64,000 nt of DNA from Caldisericia bacterium (GTDB taxonomy: Bacteria; Caldisericota; Caldisericia; JAAYUI01): contig OY771555.1 of NCBI GenBank assembly GCA_963674785.1, positions 160,001 through 224,000 on the forward strand. Direction: 5' to 3'. The notes under the pieces are model-generated. The model was not told the DNA's origin and did no database searches. It saw only the letters and a list, made by a program, of their open reading frames with translations. This document shows positions 61,988-64,000 of the stretch, one piece after another (positions within the stretch are counted from its first letter, which is position 1; the number at the start of each line of letters is the position of its first letter). Made by a program: the position numbers and the translations under genes.

Positions 61988-63022
61988 TCAGCTCGAACGA
62001 ATACTCAGATTATCGATTATTATCTTCAATCTTTCTTTGAGTTTCTCATCAATATCTATCAATTCAAGAGCAGAAAGTGCCTTTGAAGAATATTCCCTTA
62101 CCTGCGTGTTTGCATAATTATATGAGCCCGTCTGCATCAAGCAATCCAAAATAGTATTTGCTGACTCATCAGAAACATCACCTTTAAAGGAGTCGAGTAT
62201 AAGTTTTTTAGCTGACCTGCTTCCATTTTCAAGTGCATGTGCAATTGGCAAAGTTTTTTTGTGTTTTCTTAAGTCAGAGGCGATAGGTTTACCAGTTTTT
62301 CTTTTGTCTCCCCAGAGACCCAAAATGTCATCCTGAATCTGAAAGGCCATTCCGGCAGCCTCTCCAACCTGTTTCATCGGGCCAGAGAGTTTCCTGATCT
62401 CTTCTTTTGGATGAAGAGAGAAACTCTGTGCAAACGCCTGTCCAAGAAGAACAGATGTTTTTGACATTGCCATTCTTATATATTGGGCTGTAAAAACTTC
62501 TTTTTTTGATTCGAAACTAATATCGAGATGTTGACCCTCAAACACACGATTCGTAAGATGCAAAAACGAATTAAGCCAATCAGACATCTCCTTTGGTGGC
62601 AAATGTGAGCAGGCCTTCATTGCGGCTTCCTGAGACAGTGCCTGAAGAATCATCCCACCATTTAGAGCTTGTGGTATCCCAACCAGTTTCCAAAGGGTTG
62701 GTCTAGTTCTTCTAATCTCATCTCCATCCTGGATATCATCAACAACAAGTGTGAAATTATGGAAAAGCTCAAGAGACAAAGCTCCATATAGAGCATAGTC
62801 TTCATGACCAAGATATTTTGAAACAAGAAGAGGAATTGCAGACCTCAGCCTTTTCCCACCTTTAATGATCTTTACAGGCTCAAAGTCTTCCGAAACCAGA
62901 CCAAGTTGATATTTCACATATGAGTACAGGAGTTTTGGGTTTCTATCAGCCAGGAATTCATTAAGACCATCGTTTACTTTTCCAATATAGGTTCTAAGCT
63001 GGGTTCTGAGTTCTGTTGCCAC
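61988..63022 (-). CDS. Short-chain polyprenyl diphosphate synthase (GGPP/FPP synthase, IdsA type)
   Basis: GGKRLR, HNFTLVVDDIQD..RR (Phe at -5 before FARM), KT, FQIQDDILG. Confidence 0.92.
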   Translation of the reverse strand: MATELRTQLRTYIGKVNDGLNEFLADRNPKLLYSYVKYQLGLVSEDFEPVKIIKGGKRLRSAIPLLVSKYLGHEDYALYGALSLELFHNFTLVVDDIQDGDEIRRTRPTLWKLVGIPQALNGGMILQALSQEAAMKACSHLPPKEMSDWLNSFLHLTNRVFEGQHLDISFESKKEVFTAQYIRMAMSKTSVLLGQAFAQSFSLHPKEEIRKLSGPMKQVGEAAGMAFQIQDDILGLWGDKRKTGKPIASDLRKHKKTLPIAHALENGSRSAKKLILDSFKGDVSDESANTILDCLMQTGSYNYANTQVREYSSKALSALELIDIDEKLKERLKIIIDNLSIRSS

Positions 63023-63084
63023 TATTAATCCTTTCAGAAACCTTCAAATTTCATTCCGAGGAAACATTATGGACTATTTTTCGA

Positions 63085-63660
63085 TTATTGACAAGTCTTG
63101 ACATTTTCAAGTGCAACTGTTGCAACAATATCCTCGGTAACTTCACACACAAATACTTTGTCAGCATTTGAGACTGAAACATCCATTCCTGGTAAAAACT
63201 GCAGTTGAGGTATTTTTTGAAATTGAAGTTCACCTGAAAAACTGTAAAACTGACCTGGAATAAAGTCACTTGCACACTCACCACATGGGAGTTTTACAAT
63301 CGCTACAATTGGAGGATTTGTTTTCAGATCAAGAAGCGCCATCTCCCCATCCATTATTATTTTGCTGAATGTAGCATTTGTGTTTGTTTTATTTGGATCT
63401 GGAAGACCATTACTTATTTCTTGTAACAAAGAAGACTGATCAGAATCACTTTTATGATAATCAGTTTCTCTTACAAGCAGAACAAACTGCCCGGTCATCT
63501 CTGAGGAAAAATCAGTTCCAAACATGGCTTGCCACGACGAGTATATAAAGCTTAACATACACGGAGCATACCAAAAAGTAATCACCCAAACCAGAAAAAT
63601 ATTTGCAGCTATGTTCTTGCATAGCTGAAATTGAATCTTATCTTTATAACCATGAAGCAT
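63085..63660 (-). CDS. Hypothetical protein (start uncertain)
   Basis: 191-aa ORF with hydrophobic N-terminal segment, co-oriented upstream of idsA. Confidence 0.5.
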   Translation of the reverse strand: MLHGYKDKIQFQLCKNIAANIFLVWVITFWYAPCMLSFIYSSWQAMFGTDFSSEMTGQFVLLVRETDYHKSDSDQSSLLQEISNGLPDPNKTNTNATFSKIIMDGEMALLDLKTNPPIVAIVKLPCGECASDFIPGQFYSFSGELQFQKIPQLQFLPGMDVSVSNADKVFVCEVTEDIVATVALENVKTCQ

Positions 63661-64000
63661 TGTAAGGTTCTCATGTTGGAAGGTTTCTCAGGAGAGCTGA
63701 GTTATTTGATACCTGAATCACTTCACATTGAAGTTGGATTCAAAGTGATTGTCCCACTGGGAGAAAGACTATCCCAAGGACTTGTGACAAGTATTGATGA
63801 CAATCCACCAACAGATTTTCAACTCAAAGAAATAGTTTCAATTTCATCATCTTTTCCACTTTTTGATGAGCAGGTTCTTGAAACGTCACTTCTTGCTGAC
63901 CTTGAGAGCTTCAATCAAACTGGATACCATCTGTCAAATTATCTATATCAACCCCCCTCACCAAAGATTCACAAACTTGTGAAGCTTACAGGAATTGATT
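63652..64000 (+). CDS. priA: Primosomal protein N' N-terminal 3'-DNA-binding domain (runs off window)
   Basis: Open frame from ATG 63652: MKHCKV...ELSYLIPESLHIEVGFKVIVPLGERLSQGLV...LKEIVSI. Confidence 0.7.
   Translation, partial: MKHCKVLMLEGFSGELSYLIPESLHIEVGFKVIVPLGERLSQGLVTSIDDNPPTDFQLKEIVSISSSFPLFDEQVLETSLLADLESFNQTGYHLSNYLYQPPSPKIHKLVKLTGID

Noticed and set aside
63606-63627. Palindrome CAGCTATG-N6-CATAGCTG near the priA start
   Set aside because: Single instance, possibly inside the divergent ORF, and no factor can be assigned.

Overview
AT-rich bacterial chromosomal window, probably from an anaerobe. The many copper-amine-oxidase N-terminal ('stalk') and PQQ-type propeller surface proteins and the divergent 16S suggest a Caldisericota-like lineage; this is an unverified inference. 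Contents: tRNA-Val(CAC), a stand-alone 16S rRNA unit with no 23S/5S, 6S RNA, hppA and a degenerate pfk, a kinase-ATPase-TPR protein, a feoABC locus, a LipS2-like radical SAM enzyme, ispH/idsA, the 5' end of priA, many secreted repeat proteins, and IS1595 and Mrr-like remnants. The standout is 12799-16806, a NitT/TauT-family ABC transporter translationally coupled to a selenocysteine-containing selD (UGA at 15829 plus SECIS, missed by the ORF track). It is preceded by a promoter and a short leader ORF with an in-frame UGA followed by a bacterial-SECIS-like hairpin. Two mutually exclusive RNA structures follow, one of which sequesters the SD and AUG of the first gene. Together these form a candidate selenocysteine-sensing translational attenuator controlling a putative selenium uptake/activation operon. 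All structures and motifs were found by eye; no folding or database search was run.
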